A stretch of DNA of 48,628 bases from Pelagibacteraceae bacterium. Its GTDB lineage: Bacteria > Pseudomonadota > Alphaproteobacteria > GCA-002720895. The position numbers and the translations under genes were made by a program. The stretch covers positions 1-48,628 of the forward strand of contig PBIP01000012.1 of the NCBI GenBank assembly GCA_002720895.1. Reading direction: 5' to 3'. Below are positions 39,141-47,916 of the stretch, one piece after another (within the stretch, counting starts at the first letter, position 1; every line of letters starts with the position of its first letter). Under the pieces are notes generated by a model that did no database searches, had not been told where the DNA came from, and saw only the letters and a program-made list of their open reading frames with translations.

Positions 39141-40193
39141 ATGAAAAATTTATTTATCATACTTTTTTTTCTTTTTTTTTATTCTAACAATTATTTGTTT
39201 GCAATAGATTTTGGAAGTTATCTTGCCGGTCAAAGCGCATTAAATAAAAATGATAATAAGTCAGCAATATACTATTTTGAAAATGCTATCGATTTAAAAA
39301 CTATTGATACAGAATATGGAAAAGATGTAGCAAAGAAATTATGCACCTTATATCTTTTAGAAGGACAAATAAAAGAATGCATTGTTTTAGCTAAAGAAAT
39401 TGAGAAAGATCTTAACCCAGATGATTCTGATAATACAAGTATTTTGATGGCTTTAATTGTTTCTGATATTAAAGAAAAAAATTATAATTCAGCTTTAAAG
39501 CGCTTAAAAAATATAAAAAAAAGTTCTTACGAAAGATTCTCAGTTCCAATTATTGAGGCTTGGTTAATTTCTGAAGAAAAAAAAAATCTTAAAAAAGCAA
39601 AACAAAAATTAGATGAATTAGAAACAGATCTTGTAATAAATGGTTTAAGAAATCTTAATTTAGCTTTAATTCACGAATTATTTAATAAAGAAAAAGAAGC
39701 TTTAATATATTATGAAAAAGCCATAAACGCATACACACAACCATCATATAGACTGGCAGAAATTTCAGCTAATGCTTTTGAAAGAAATGAGAATTTCGAA
39801 AAAGCTAAGGACATTTATATAAAATTTAATTCTAGCTCGAATGATAATTTGTTAATTGAAGAATCTTTAAAAAGAATTGAAAAAAAAATAATACCAAAGA
39901 AAATGATTAAAAATACCAGTGATGGAATCGCTGAATTATTTAGTACAATTGCAAGTTCATTTAGTTCTGATTTTACAAATAATTTTTCAATAATTTATAC
40001 TCATTTTGCATTATATTTAAAAAAAGATTTTGAAGTGGCTAATCTTTATTTAGCAGAACTTTTAGAAAATAATCAAAGATTTATTGATGCAAATAATATT
40101 TATAAGAAAATAGATTCTTCATCAAACTTTTTTTGGCATTCAAGACTAAAAAATGCAAGAAATTTAGAACTACTTGGGGAAAATAATAAATAA
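39141..40193 (+). CDS. TPR-repeat protein, N-terminal part (signal peptide); terminated by an in-frame TAA
   Basis: 350 aa with a signal-like N-terminus (LFIILFFLFFYSNNYLFA) and degenerate TPR-like helices. It is in the same frame as the next ORF, 18 nt away (see finding). Confidence 0.7.
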   Translation: MKNLFIILFFLFFYSNNYLFAIDFGSYLAGQSALNKNDNKSAIYYFENAIDLKTIDTEYGKDVAKKLCTLYLLEGQIKECIVLAKEIEKDLNPDDSDNTSILMALIVSDIKEKNYNSALKRLKNIKKSSYERFSVPIIEAWLISEEKKNLKKAKQKLDELETDLVINGLRNLNLALIHELFNKEKEALIYYEKAINAYTQPSYRLAEISANAFERNENFEKAKDIYIKFNSSSNDNLLIEESLKRIEKKIIPKKMIKNTSDGIAELFSTIASSFSSDFTNNFSIIYTHFALYLKKDFEVANLYLAELLENNQRFIDANNIYKKIDSSSNFFWHSRLKNARNLELLGENNK

Positions 40194-40211
40194 ATTTCAA
40201 TTTTAAAAAAA

Positions 40212-40823
40212 ATGTCTAATGAAAAAAAGAATAGACATGATTCTTTAAAACTTCTTGGAGATATTTATAAAAATAATAATAAGTATAATGATGCTATTAG
40301 GTTTTATGATGAAGCAGTATTAAGAATTGGCGAAATTGAGACTAGACATTGGGAGATATTGTATTCTAGAGGAATAGCTTATGAAAGAGATAAACAATGG
40401 GATAGTGCTGAAAAAGATTTTCTAAAAATTTTAGAATTAATACCAGATCAACCTGATGTATTAAATTATTTGGGTTATTCTTGGATAGAAAAAGATATAA
40501 ATTTGGAGCAAGCCAAAGATTTTGTTTTAAAAGCCGCTGGCTTAAGACCATCTGACCCATATATTGTTGATAGTCTCGGGTGGGCTTATTTTAGTTTAAA
40601 AGAGTATGATAAAGCTGTTGAAGAACTTGAGAAAGCAGTTAGTTTAAAGCCTACGGACCCAATTATTAATGATCATCTTGGAGATGCTTATTACAAAATT
40701 AATAGAAAGCTAGAAGCTTTATATCAGTGGAAAAAAGCCTTAGATTTTAAACCCGATGAAGAATTAAGAAAAAAAATAGAAAAAAAAATAGAAAATAATG
40801 AAGGTCAACTAGATTTTCTATAA
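40212..40823 (+). CDS. TPR-repeat protein, C-terminal part
   Basis: 203 aa with clear TPR units: LGDIYKNNNKYNDAIRFYDEAV, RGIAYERDKQWDSAEKDFLKILEL, LGWAYFSLKEYDKAVEELEKAVSLKP, LGDAYYKINRKLEALYQWKKALDF. Confidence 0.75.
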   Translation: MSNEKKNRHDSLKLLGDIYKNNNKYNDAIRFYDEAVLRIGEIETRHWEILYSRGIAYERDKQWDSAEKDFLKILELIPDQPDVLNYLGYSWIEKDINLEQAKDFVLKAAGLRPSDPYIVDSLGWAYFSLKEYDKAVEELEKAVSLKPTDPIINDHLGDAYYKINRKLEALYQWKKALDFKPDEELRKKIEKKIENNEGQLDFL

Positions 40824-40827
40824 ATCA

Positions 40828-41682
40828 ATGCCAAATATTAAAAGTATAAAATGTAAAGCATTTGCAAAGATTAATTTGTTCTTAAACGTTTTCGATAAAA
40901 CAAAAGATAATTTGCATAATTTAAACAGTTTAGTTTGTTTTATTAGTTTATATGATGAAATATCAATTTCAGAAAATAAAGAATTTTCTTTAAAAGTGAA
41001 AGGACCTTTTAAAAATTTTATTACAGACAAAAATATAATAAAAAAAACAGTTCAAAGTTATTCAAAATTCTTGAATATAAAAACTAAGTATAAAATTATT
41101 TTAAATAAAAAAATACCAGTATCTGCTGGATTAGGAGGAGGATCAGCTGATGCAGCAGCTGTATTAAAAGGTTTGAATAATTTAAATAATAAAAAAATAA
41201 AACAGAAAGATTTATTTAATATTGCAATGAAAATCGGATCTGATGTCCCAGCATGTTTATATAATAAAAATGTTTTTTTTTCCGGTTACGGTCAAATTTT
41301 ATCTAAAGCTCCTAAATTACCTACTTTCTTTGCTCTACTTATAAATCCAGGTAAAGAACTTTCAACCAAAAATATATTTAATATGTATAAAAAAAAAAAT
41401 TCAAAAAAAATAAATAATAATTTTGAATATGATAAATTCTTTTTTTGGGTTAAAAAACAAAACAATGATTTACAAGAATACTCTCAAAAAATTTTACCTG
41501 AAATAAAACAAATGCTTAATTTTTTAAATAGATCCCAAAATTGTCTTGTTTCAAGAATGACGGGTAGTGGACCTACTGTTTTTGGAATATTCAAAAAAAA
41601 AATAGATGCAAAAAAAATTAATATTTTATTAAAAAAAAAGCACCCTCATTGGTGGTCTGAAGTTTATGCAATTAAAACTTAG
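40828..41682 (+). CDS. ispE: 4-diphosphocytidyl-2-C-methyl-D-erythritol kinase
   Basis: 284 aa with AFAKINLFLNV and the GHMP kinase motif PVSAGLGGGSADAAA. A C-terminal MTGSGPTVFG is also present. Confidence 0.9.
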   Translation: MPNIKSIKCKAFAKINLFLNVFDKTKDNLHNLNSLVCFISLYDEISISENKEFSLKVKGPFKNFITDKNIIKKTVQSYSKFLNIKTKYKIILNKKIPVSAGLGGGSADAAAVLKGLNNLNNKKIKQKDLFNIAMKIGSDVPACLYNKNVFFSGYGQILSKAPKLPTFFALLINPGKELSTKNIFNMYKKKNSKKINNNFEYDKFFFWVKKQNNDLQEYSQKILPEIKQMLNFLNRSQNCLVSRMTGSGPTVFGIFKKKIDAKKINILLKKKHPHWWSEVYAIKT

Positions 41683-41732
41683 TCTTTGATTAAATTTTCT
41701 TTTTAATATACTTTTAAATTAAAGAATTTTAT

Positions 41733-41807
41733 TGGGGCGTCGCCAAGTGGTAAGGCACGAGTTTTTGGTACTCGCATTCGCAGGTTCGAATCCTGCCGCC
41801 CCAGCCA
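41733..41807 (+). tRNA. tRNA-Gln (anticodon UUG), CCA encoded
   Basis: Hand-folded cloverleaf of 75 nt. The acceptor is TGGGGCG/CGCCCCA, and the D-arm is GCCA-AGTGGTAA-GGCA. The anticodon stem is CGAGT/ACTCG with loop TTTTGGT (positions 34-36 = TTG). The T-arm is GCAGG-TTCGAAT-CCTGC, followed by discriminator G and CCA. It is very similar in layout to E. coli tRNA-Gln. Confidence 0.93.
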
Positions 41808-41808
41808 A

Positions 41809-42294
41809 TTAATTTAAAATCCAAATATTATAAGTTAATAATGAAGCGTACATAACCCAAAATAAATATGGTAATAATAAATATGCGGCGATCTTTTTAA
41901 TTTTTAAAAAAAATCTAATATTGATTAAAATTAGTAGGATTAAGAATAATATTTCTATTAGACTTAAACCTATTTTTTGAATTCCAAAAAAAAGATATGT
42001 CCAAAAAATATTGAAAAAGAGTTGTAACCAAAAAATTTTAATCCCAATAGATCTCGTATTACTTTCTTTTTCTTTCCAAACTAACCAAACTGAAACACCC
42101 ATTAGAATATAAAGAGTTGTCCAAACTGGTCCAAATACCCAATCTGGAGGATTAAAATTTGGTTTATTTAATGTTTGGTACCAACCTTCAACTGATATAA
42201 AGGTAAAGTAACCACCTAAGCCATTACCAAAAATAAGACAAATAATTATGAATGTAAAAAGCCAAATTATATTTTTTTTATCTAAATTTACCAT
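41809..42294 (-). CDS. tspO: TspO/MBR family tryptophan-rich sensory protein
   Basis: 161 aa with five TM helices. It has WYQTLNKPNFNPPDWVFGPVWTTLYILMG and aromatic-rich helices typical of TspO. Confidence 0.9.
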   Translation of the reverse strand: MVNLDKKNIIWLFTFIIICLIFGNGLGGYFTFISVEGWYQTLNKPNFNPPDWVFGPVWTTLYILMGVSVWLVWKEKESNTRSIGIKIFWLQLFFNIFWTYLFFGIQKIGLSLIEILFLILLILINIRFFLKIKKIAAYLLLPYLFWVMYASLLTYNIWILN

Positions 42295-42715
42295 CTATTG
42301 ACAAATTACCAGCGCCTTTAAGAAAAATTGCAAATGTTATAATTCCCCACATTAATGGGTATTCATATCCTTCCTTGCTCCAAAAAAAACCATGTGGGAA
42401 ATGATATAAAACAGCAAACATCATAAATATAGTTACTGATAATGCAGCGATTCTAGTGAAGAAACCAAAAGCTATGCAAATTCCTCCTATAAATTCTGTT
42501 AATGCAATTAAATATGCTAAAAAAACACCAGTTAAAACAGGGTTTGAATATTCTTTATCTAAAAAATTTATAAAATTATCAAGATTACCATTAAATCCTT
42601 TATACAATTTACCATAACCATGAGGTATTAATAAAATACCTGTTATAAACCTTATTATTGGGTATGAAAGATATTCGCCAATTGAGTCTAAATTTCTTAA
42701 AAATGGGTTTATCAT
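42278..42715 (-). CDS. DoxX family membrane protein
   Basis: 145 aa with four predicted helices. RFITGILLIPHGYGKL and the overall topology fit DoxX. The call is by pattern only. Confidence 0.65.
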   Translation of the reverse strand: MINPFLRNLDSIGEYLSYPIIRFITGILLIPHGYGKLYKGFNGNLDNFINFLDKEYSNPVLTGVFLAYLIALTEFIGGICIAFGFFTRIAALSVTIFMMFAVLYHFPHGFFWSKEGYEYPLMWGIITFAIFLKGAGNLSIDGKFR

Positions 42716-42761
42716 AAATCTTTTTTTATTTTATAATTAATTATATTTCATTCTAATCACA

Positions 42762-43235
42762 TTGAAGCAAAAAAAAAATATAATAAAAAAATTTCCTATA
42801 AAAATCAAATCCAATGGAGAATGGTTTTATAAAAATAATTTAATTCAAAAAAAAGCTTTAATAAAATTGTTTTCTTCAGTTTTAATTGCTGATGAAAAAG
42901 GAAATTTCTTTTTAGAGACTCCTGCAGAAAAAGGCGCTATAGAAGTTGAGGATTTTCCTTTTATAATTACAACTTTTGATGTTAAAGGAACAAGTAAAAA
43001 ACAGGAAATAATTTTTAAAACAAACATAGATGAAGAAGTGATTCTTAGTAAAAGGAATCCAATCTTATACAAGAAATATAAAAAAAGTTTAGTACCTTAT
43101 ATTGCTCTTAGAAAGAACATAAATGCCAAACTATCTAGATCTGTTTATTACCAATTAATAAATAAATTTTCTGATAAAAATACAAAAAAAAAATTGAAAA
43201 TAAAAAGTAAAGGTTTCAATTTTATATTAAAATAA
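42762..43235 (+). CDS. DUF1285 domain-containing protein
   Basis: 157 aa. GEWFYKNNLIQKKALIKLFSSVL...GNFFLETPAEKGAIEVEDFPFII fits the DUF1285 signature. It lies upstream of cca, as in other alphaproteobacteria. TTG start. Confidence 0.7.
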   Translation: MKQKKNIIKKFPIKIKSNGEWFYKNNLIQKKALIKLFSSVLIADEKGNFFLETPAEKGAIEVEDFPFIITTFDVKGTSKKQEIIFKTNIDEEVILSKRNPILYKKYKKSLVPYIALRKNINAKLSRSVYYQLINKFSDKNTKKKLKIKSKGFNFILK

Positions 43236-43242
43236 AAATCTT

Positions 43243-44454
43243 ATGAAGATTAATATAAAAAAGTGGACATCAAATAAAAATATAAGTTTTTTATTTAAAA
43301 TCCTAGAAAAGAAGGACGAAGAAACAAGATTTATAGGAGGGTGTGTTAGAGATAAGATTTGTAAAAAAAAGAATTATGATATTGATTTAGCAACCACAAT
43401 CGAACCAGTTAATATTGTCGAAATTTTAAGTAAAAAAAAAATAAAAATAATTAAAAGCGGTATAAGTCACGGAACAGTTATAGCGATAATTAATAAAGAA
43501 AAATTTGAAATAACTACTTTAAGAAAAGATATTAAAACTGATGGCAGGCATGCAAAAGTAGAGTTTACTAAAGATTGGGTATCAGATTCAGAAAGAAGAG
43601 ATTTTACAATAAATGCTATATCATGTGATTTTAAAGGAAATCTTTATGATTATCACAAAGGATTGCAAGATTTAAAAAAAGGAAAAATTAAATTTATAGG
43701 CGATCCAAAAAAAAGAATTAGAGAAGATTTTCTAAGGATATTGAGATTTTTTAGATTTTATGCTTATTATGGAAAAAATATTATTACAAAATCAGATCTT
43801 AAAATATTTAAGAACCAAGTTTTAAATTTAAAGAAATTATCAAGCGAAAGAGTTTATTCGGAGTTTAAAAAGATTTTAACTTCCGAGAATCCTTATAAAA
43901 CTTTAAATTTAATGAAATTTTCTGGTGTTTTAAATTACATAATATTTAGTTCTAAAAACTTAGAAAAAATAAAATTAATTAATAAATTCGATAAAATTAA
44001 TTATTTAATAGACTTTACTACAAGATTAGCGATTTTAATTGATAAAAAATTTTTGTTAAGAGTATCCAATAAATTAAAATTATCAAAAAATGAAAATAAT
44101 AAAATTAAGAAAATCTTTCATTTAGAAGAAAATTTTAATTTTAAAGATTTTGAAAAAAATAAAATTAAATATATTTATTACTATGGTCATGAAATTTGTG
44201 AAAGTTTATTAATATATAACTTTATAAAATTACATGGAAATTATAAAATTGATAAGTATTCAAAAATTATATCTTCTATTAAAAATATAAAAACACCCAG
44301 GTTACCAATATTTGGTAAAGATTTAATTAAAATAGGATTTCAAGCTGGACCGAAAATAGGTAAAATATTAGAATTAGTTGAAAGTTGGTGGATTTTAAGA
44401 AAATTTAAACCTACAAGAAAAGAATGTTTGAAAAAATTAAAAGAATTTGACTAA
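43243..44454 (+). CDS. cca: CCA tRNA nucleotidyltransferase / poly(A) polymerase family protein
   Basis: 403 aa with head-domain motifs GGCVRD, DIDLAT, TLRKD and RRDFTINA, followed by EDFLRILRFFRFYA. Confidence 0.8.
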   Translation: MKINIKKWTSNKNISFLFKILEKKDEETRFIGGCVRDKICKKKNYDIDLATTIEPVNIVEILSKKKIKIIKSGISHGTVIAIINKEKFEITTLRKDIKTDGRHAKVEFTKDWVSDSERRDFTINAISCDFKGNLYDYHKGLQDLKKGKIKFIGDPKKRIREDFLRILRFFRFYAYYGKNIITKSDLKIFKNQVLNLKKLSSERVYSEFKKILTSENPYKTLNLMKFSGVLNYIIFSSKNLEKIKLINKFDKINYLIDFTTRLAILIDKKFLLRVSNKLKLSKNENNKIKKIFHLEENFNFKDFEKNKIKYIYYYGHEICESLLIYNFIKLHGNYKIDKYSKIISSIKNIKTPRLPIFGKDLIKIGFQAGPKIGKILELVESWWILRKFKPTRKECLKKLKEFD

Positions 44455-45305
44455 ATCCATTTTGCCTTTGGAGGCATTGACATTAAAATTGCGTCGACAT
44501 TACCACCAGTTTTTAAACCAAACTGTGTTCCTCTGTCATATAATAAATTGAATTCAGCATATCTACCTCTTTTTATCAACAACTTCTCTCTATCTTTTTT
44601 TGTCCATGTTTTATTTATATTATTTTTAATTATTTTAGGATAATTTTCTAAAAAACATTTGCCAACATTTTTTGTAAACTCAAAATCTTCTTCCCAGTTG
44701 TTTGTATTAATATAATCAAAAAAGATACCACCGGCTCCCCTAGTTTCTTTTCTGTGTTTTAAATAAAAATATTCGTCACACCATTTTTTAAATTTTGGGT
44801 AATAATTCTTATCATGCATTTCGCATGTTTTTTTTAATGAGTTATGAAAAAGATTTATACTTTTTCTATCAGGCATAGTAGGAGTTATATCAGTTCCCCC
44901 ACCAAACCAAGATTTTGTTGTTATAATATGTCTCGTATTAAAGTGAGCAGCAGTTATAAAAGGCGAATATAAATGAGCAACAAGAGAAATACCACTTGCC
45001 CAAAATTTAGAGCTTTTTTCACATCCAGGTACTTGCTTTCTAAATTCTTTTGAAAAATTTCCGTATACTGTTGATATATTAACCCCAACCTTTTCAAAAA
45101 TTCTTCCTTTCATTATAGAAATTTCACCTCCACCACCTTTATTATTTTTTATTCTTTTCCATTTTTTTCTAGTAAATTTCCCAGGTTTTTTTTTTATTAA
45201 CTTATGTTGGAATTTATTTTCAATTTCTTCAAAAGATTTACATATTTGGTCTCTGAGATATCTAAACCACATTTCCGTTTGTTCTTTATTTTTATTAGTA
45301 GTCAT
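44451..45305 (-). CDS. hemF: oxygen-dependent coproporphyrinogen III oxidase
   Basis: 284 aa with GGGGEISIMKGRIFEKVGVNIS, SLVAHLYSPFITAAHFNTRH, WFGGGTDITP, and RGAGGIFFD motifs. Confidence 0.95.
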   Translation of the reverse strand: MTTNKNKEQTEMWFRYLRDQICKSFEEIENKFQHKLIKKKPGKFTRKKWKRIKNNKGGGGEISIMKGRIFEKVGVNISTVYGNFSKEFRKQVPGCEKSSKFWASGISLVAHLYSPFITAAHFNTRHIITTKSWFGGGTDITPTMPDRKSINLFHNSLKKTCEMHDKNYYPKFKKWCDEYFYLKHRKETRGAGGIFFDYINTNNWEEDFEFTKNVGKCFLENYPKIIKNNINKTWTKKDREKLLIKRGRYAEFNLLYDRGTQFGLKTGGNVDAILMSMPPKAKWI

Positions 45306-45409
45306 TATTTAATAAAATTTTAAACTTAGAATTGATTAATTAAAAAAAAGAAATATTTACATTATTATTACTTATTATTTAACATTGAATTATTCTATAT
45401 TAAAATTAA

Positions 45410-45952
45410 TTGATTAATAAAAAAAAAATATCCAATTTGACGAAAGATAGAAGAAGTTTTTTAAAGCTAACGACTACATCTATGGCTGCTCTGGGTTCTG
45501 CATTTGCAATTTGGCCATTTATTGATTCAATGAATCCATCTGCAGATGTTTTGGCATTAAGCGTAAAAGAATTTGATCTTTCTAATATAGAAGAAGGATC
45601 TTCTAAAACAGTAAAATGGAGAGGCAAACCTGTTTTTATAAAACATAGAACAAAAAAAGAAATCGACGAAGCAAGAGAAGTTAATTTAAGCGAATTAAAA
45701 GATCCAGAAAAAGATGAAGATAGGGTCCAAAAGCCTGAATGGTTAATAGTGGTTGGTGTTTGTAGTCATTTGGGTTGTATACCGTTAGGACAAAAAACTT
45801 CTGATGCTAAAGGTGAATTCAACGGATGGTTTTGCCCATGTCATGGATCACATTATGATTCTTCTGGTAGAGTAAGAAAGGGACCGGCACCAAAAAATTT
45901 GCAAGTTCCGAAATATAAATTTATAAATAAAAATAAAATACAAATAGGTTAA
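45410..45952 (+). CDS. petA: ubiquinol-cytochrome c reductase Rieske iron-sulfur subunit
   Basis: 180 aa with a twin-arginine-like RRSFLK and a TM anchor. The Rieske boxes CSHLGC and CPCHGS are present. No ATG is available; candidate starts are TTG 45410 or TTG 45437. Confidence 0.93.
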   Translation: MINKKKISNLTKDRRSFLKLTTTSMAALGSAFAIWPFIDSMNPSADVLALSVKEFDLSNIEEGSSKTVKWRGKPVFIKHRTKKEIDEAREVNLSELKDPEKDEDRVQKPEWLIVVGVCSHLGCIPLGQKTSDAKGEFNGWFCPCHGSHYDSSGRVRKGPAPKNLQVPKYKFINKNKIQIG

Positions 45953-47160
45953 TGACAAAAAAATTTAAAAATAAAACACTAGAATGGTTAGATTATAGGC
46001 TTCCAATATTTAGCGTTTTAAGAGAGGCATTGGTAGATCATCCAACTCCAAGAAATTTAAATTATTGGTGGAACTTCGGATCTCTTGCTGGAATTACTCT
46101 AATAATTATGATTGTTTCAGGTTTGTTATTGTCTATGCATTATGTAGCACATGTAGATTTAGCATTTGATAGTGTTGAACATATTATGCGAGATGTAAAT
46201 TATGGTTGGTTAATCAGGTATATACATAGTGTTGGCGCATCTATGTTTTTTCTAATTGTATATATTCATATTGGCAGAGGTTTGTATTACGGCTCTTATA
46301 AATCACCAAGAGAAGTATTGTGGTGGCTTGGAATTATAATTTTTCTTTTAATGATAGCAGCTGCATTTTTAGGTTACACTCTACCTTGGGGTCAAATGAG
46401 CTTTTGGGGTGCAACAGTTATAACAAATTTATTTTCTGCAATACCATTAGTTGGCGATAATATTGTTACATGGCTTTGGGGTGGATTTTCAGTTGATAAC
46501 CCAACTCTAAATAGATTTTATTCCTTACATTTTCTTATACCATTTTTAATTGTTGGAGTTGTATTTTTTCATATAATTGCTTTACATAAATTTGGATCTA
46601 ATAATCCAACTGGTATAGATTTAAATTTCAAGCAAGAAAAAATACCGTTTCATCCTTACTATACCATAAAAGATTTTTTTGGATTCGGCATTTTTTTTAT
46701 TATTTTTTCTATTTTTATTTTTTTTCTCCCTAATGCACTTGGGCATCCTGATAATTATATACCAGCTGATCCACTAGTAACGCCAGAACATATAGTTCCT
46801 GAATGGTATTTTTTGCCATTTTACGCGATATTAAGGGCAATACCTTTTAAATTATTGGGAGTTATTGCAATGTTAGGTTCAATTTTTATATTATTTGTTT
46901 TACCATGGCTAGATACGTGCAAAGTTAGAAGTTGTAGATTTAGACCAATTTATAAACAATTTTATTGGATATTTATATTTAATTTTATTGTACTAGGTTG
47001 GATTGGATCAAAAGTTCCAGAAGGGCACTATTTAATTATTAGTAGAATTTGCACTGCATACTATTTTATGCATTTTTTATTTATTTTACCAATTCTTGGT
47101 ATGTTTGAAAAAACTTTACCTTTACCAACTAATATATTTAAAGATTCAAAAAAAAAATAA
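45952..47160 (+). CDS. petB: cytochrome b (bc1 complex)
   Basis: 402 aa with [23 protein letters not shown], the [13 protein letters not shown] motif and heme-ligand histidines. Its ATG overlaps the petA stop (TAATG). Confidence 0.97.
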   Translation: MTKKFKNKTLEWLDYRLPIFSVLREALVDHPTPRNLNYWWNFGSLAGITLIIMIVSGLLLSMHYVAHVDLAFDSVEHIMRDVNYGWLIRYIHSVGASMFFLIVYIHIGRGLYYGSYKSPREVLWWLGIIIFLLMIAAAFLGYTLPWGQMSFWGATVITNLFSAIPLVGDNIVTWLWGGFSVDNPTLNRFYSLHFLIPFLIVGVVFFHIIALHKFGSNNPTGIDLNFKQEKIPFHPYYTIKDFFGFGIFFIIFSIFIFFLPNALGHPDNYIPADPLVTPEHIVPEWYFLPFYAILRAIPFKLLGVIAMLGSIFILFVLPWLDTCKVRSCRFRPIYKQFYWIFIFNFIVLGWIGSKVPEGHYLIISRICTAYYFMHFLFILPILGMFEKTLPLPTNIFKDSKKK

Positions 47161-47916
47161 ATGCTAAAAAAAATTTTTTTTATATTATTTACACTTTTCT
47201 TTTTTATTCCTAATTCTTTTAGCAAAGAAGATGTTAAATTAAAAAAACAAAATTGGAGCTTTCAAGGTATTTTCGGAAGGTTTGATAATTCAACTTTACA
47301 AAGAGGTTTGCAAGTTTATCAAGAAGTATGTTCAGCATGTCATGGTGTAAAAAGGTTAAGATTTAGAGAATTAACAAATTTAGGTTTTACAAAAGAACAA
47401 ATAGTAAATTATGCTAAGACTTTTGAAATTTTAGATGGACCTAACGAGTTAGGTGAAATGTTTATTCGTCCAGGCGAACCAACCGATACATTTGTATCAC
47501 CATATAAAAATAAGGAAGAAGCCATAGCAATTAATGGTGCTTACCCACCAGATTTATCATTATTAACAAAGGCAATGAAAAATGGACCAGATTATATTTA
47601 TTCATTACTGGTTGGATATGAGGATCCGCCAAATGACTTTGAATTACCAGATGGTCTTTACTACAATCCCTATCATGATGGCAGTGTTATTGCAATTCCC
47701 CAACCCTTATACGATGAGGCAATCGAATATATTGATGGAACAAATGCCAGCATTCACCAACTTTCTTACGATATTGTTAATTTCTTAAGTTGGGCAGCAG
47801 AACCAGAATTGCAAAAAAGAAAAGCTTTAGGTTTGAAAGTTTTGATATTCTTAATTGTTCTTACCGCGCTTCTTTATGTTACAATGAAAGAAATATGGTC
47901 AAGGATTGAGAAATAA
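47161..47916 (+). CDS. petC: cytochrome c1
   Basis: 251 aa with a signal peptide, the heme-binding motif CSACHG, the PPDLS motif, and a C-terminal TM anchor. Confidence 0.9.
   Translation: MLKKIFFILFTLFFFIPNSFSKEDVKLKKQNWSFQGIFGRFDNSTLQRGLQVYQEVCSACHGVKRLRFRELTNLGFTKEQIVNYAKTFEILDGPNELGEMFIRPGEPTDTFVSPYKNKEEAIAINGAYPPDLSLLTKAMKNGPDYIYSLLVGYEDPPNDFELPDGLYYNPYHDGSVIAIPQPLYDEAIEYIDGTNASIHQLSYDIVNFLSWAAEPELQKRKALGLKVLIFLIVLTALLYVTMKEIWSRIEK

Noticed and set aside
40818-41030. 70-aa minus-strand ORF across the TPR/ispE junction. Similar cases are 40366..40560, 45406..45627, 47582..47788, 4815..5000, 11383..11574, 25296..25517, 25581..25826 and 27160..27402.
   Set aside because: All overlap strongly supported genes in antisense or in an alternative frame, and all lack motifs. 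I treat them as spurious.
41733-42761. Possible genomic island integrated at tRNA-Gln (the tspO and doxX genes directly abut the tRNA 3' end).
   Set aside because: There is no integrase, and I could not see a direct repeat of the tRNA 3' end. There is no compositional shift, and the genes are ordinary membrane proteins packed as tightly as the rest of the window.
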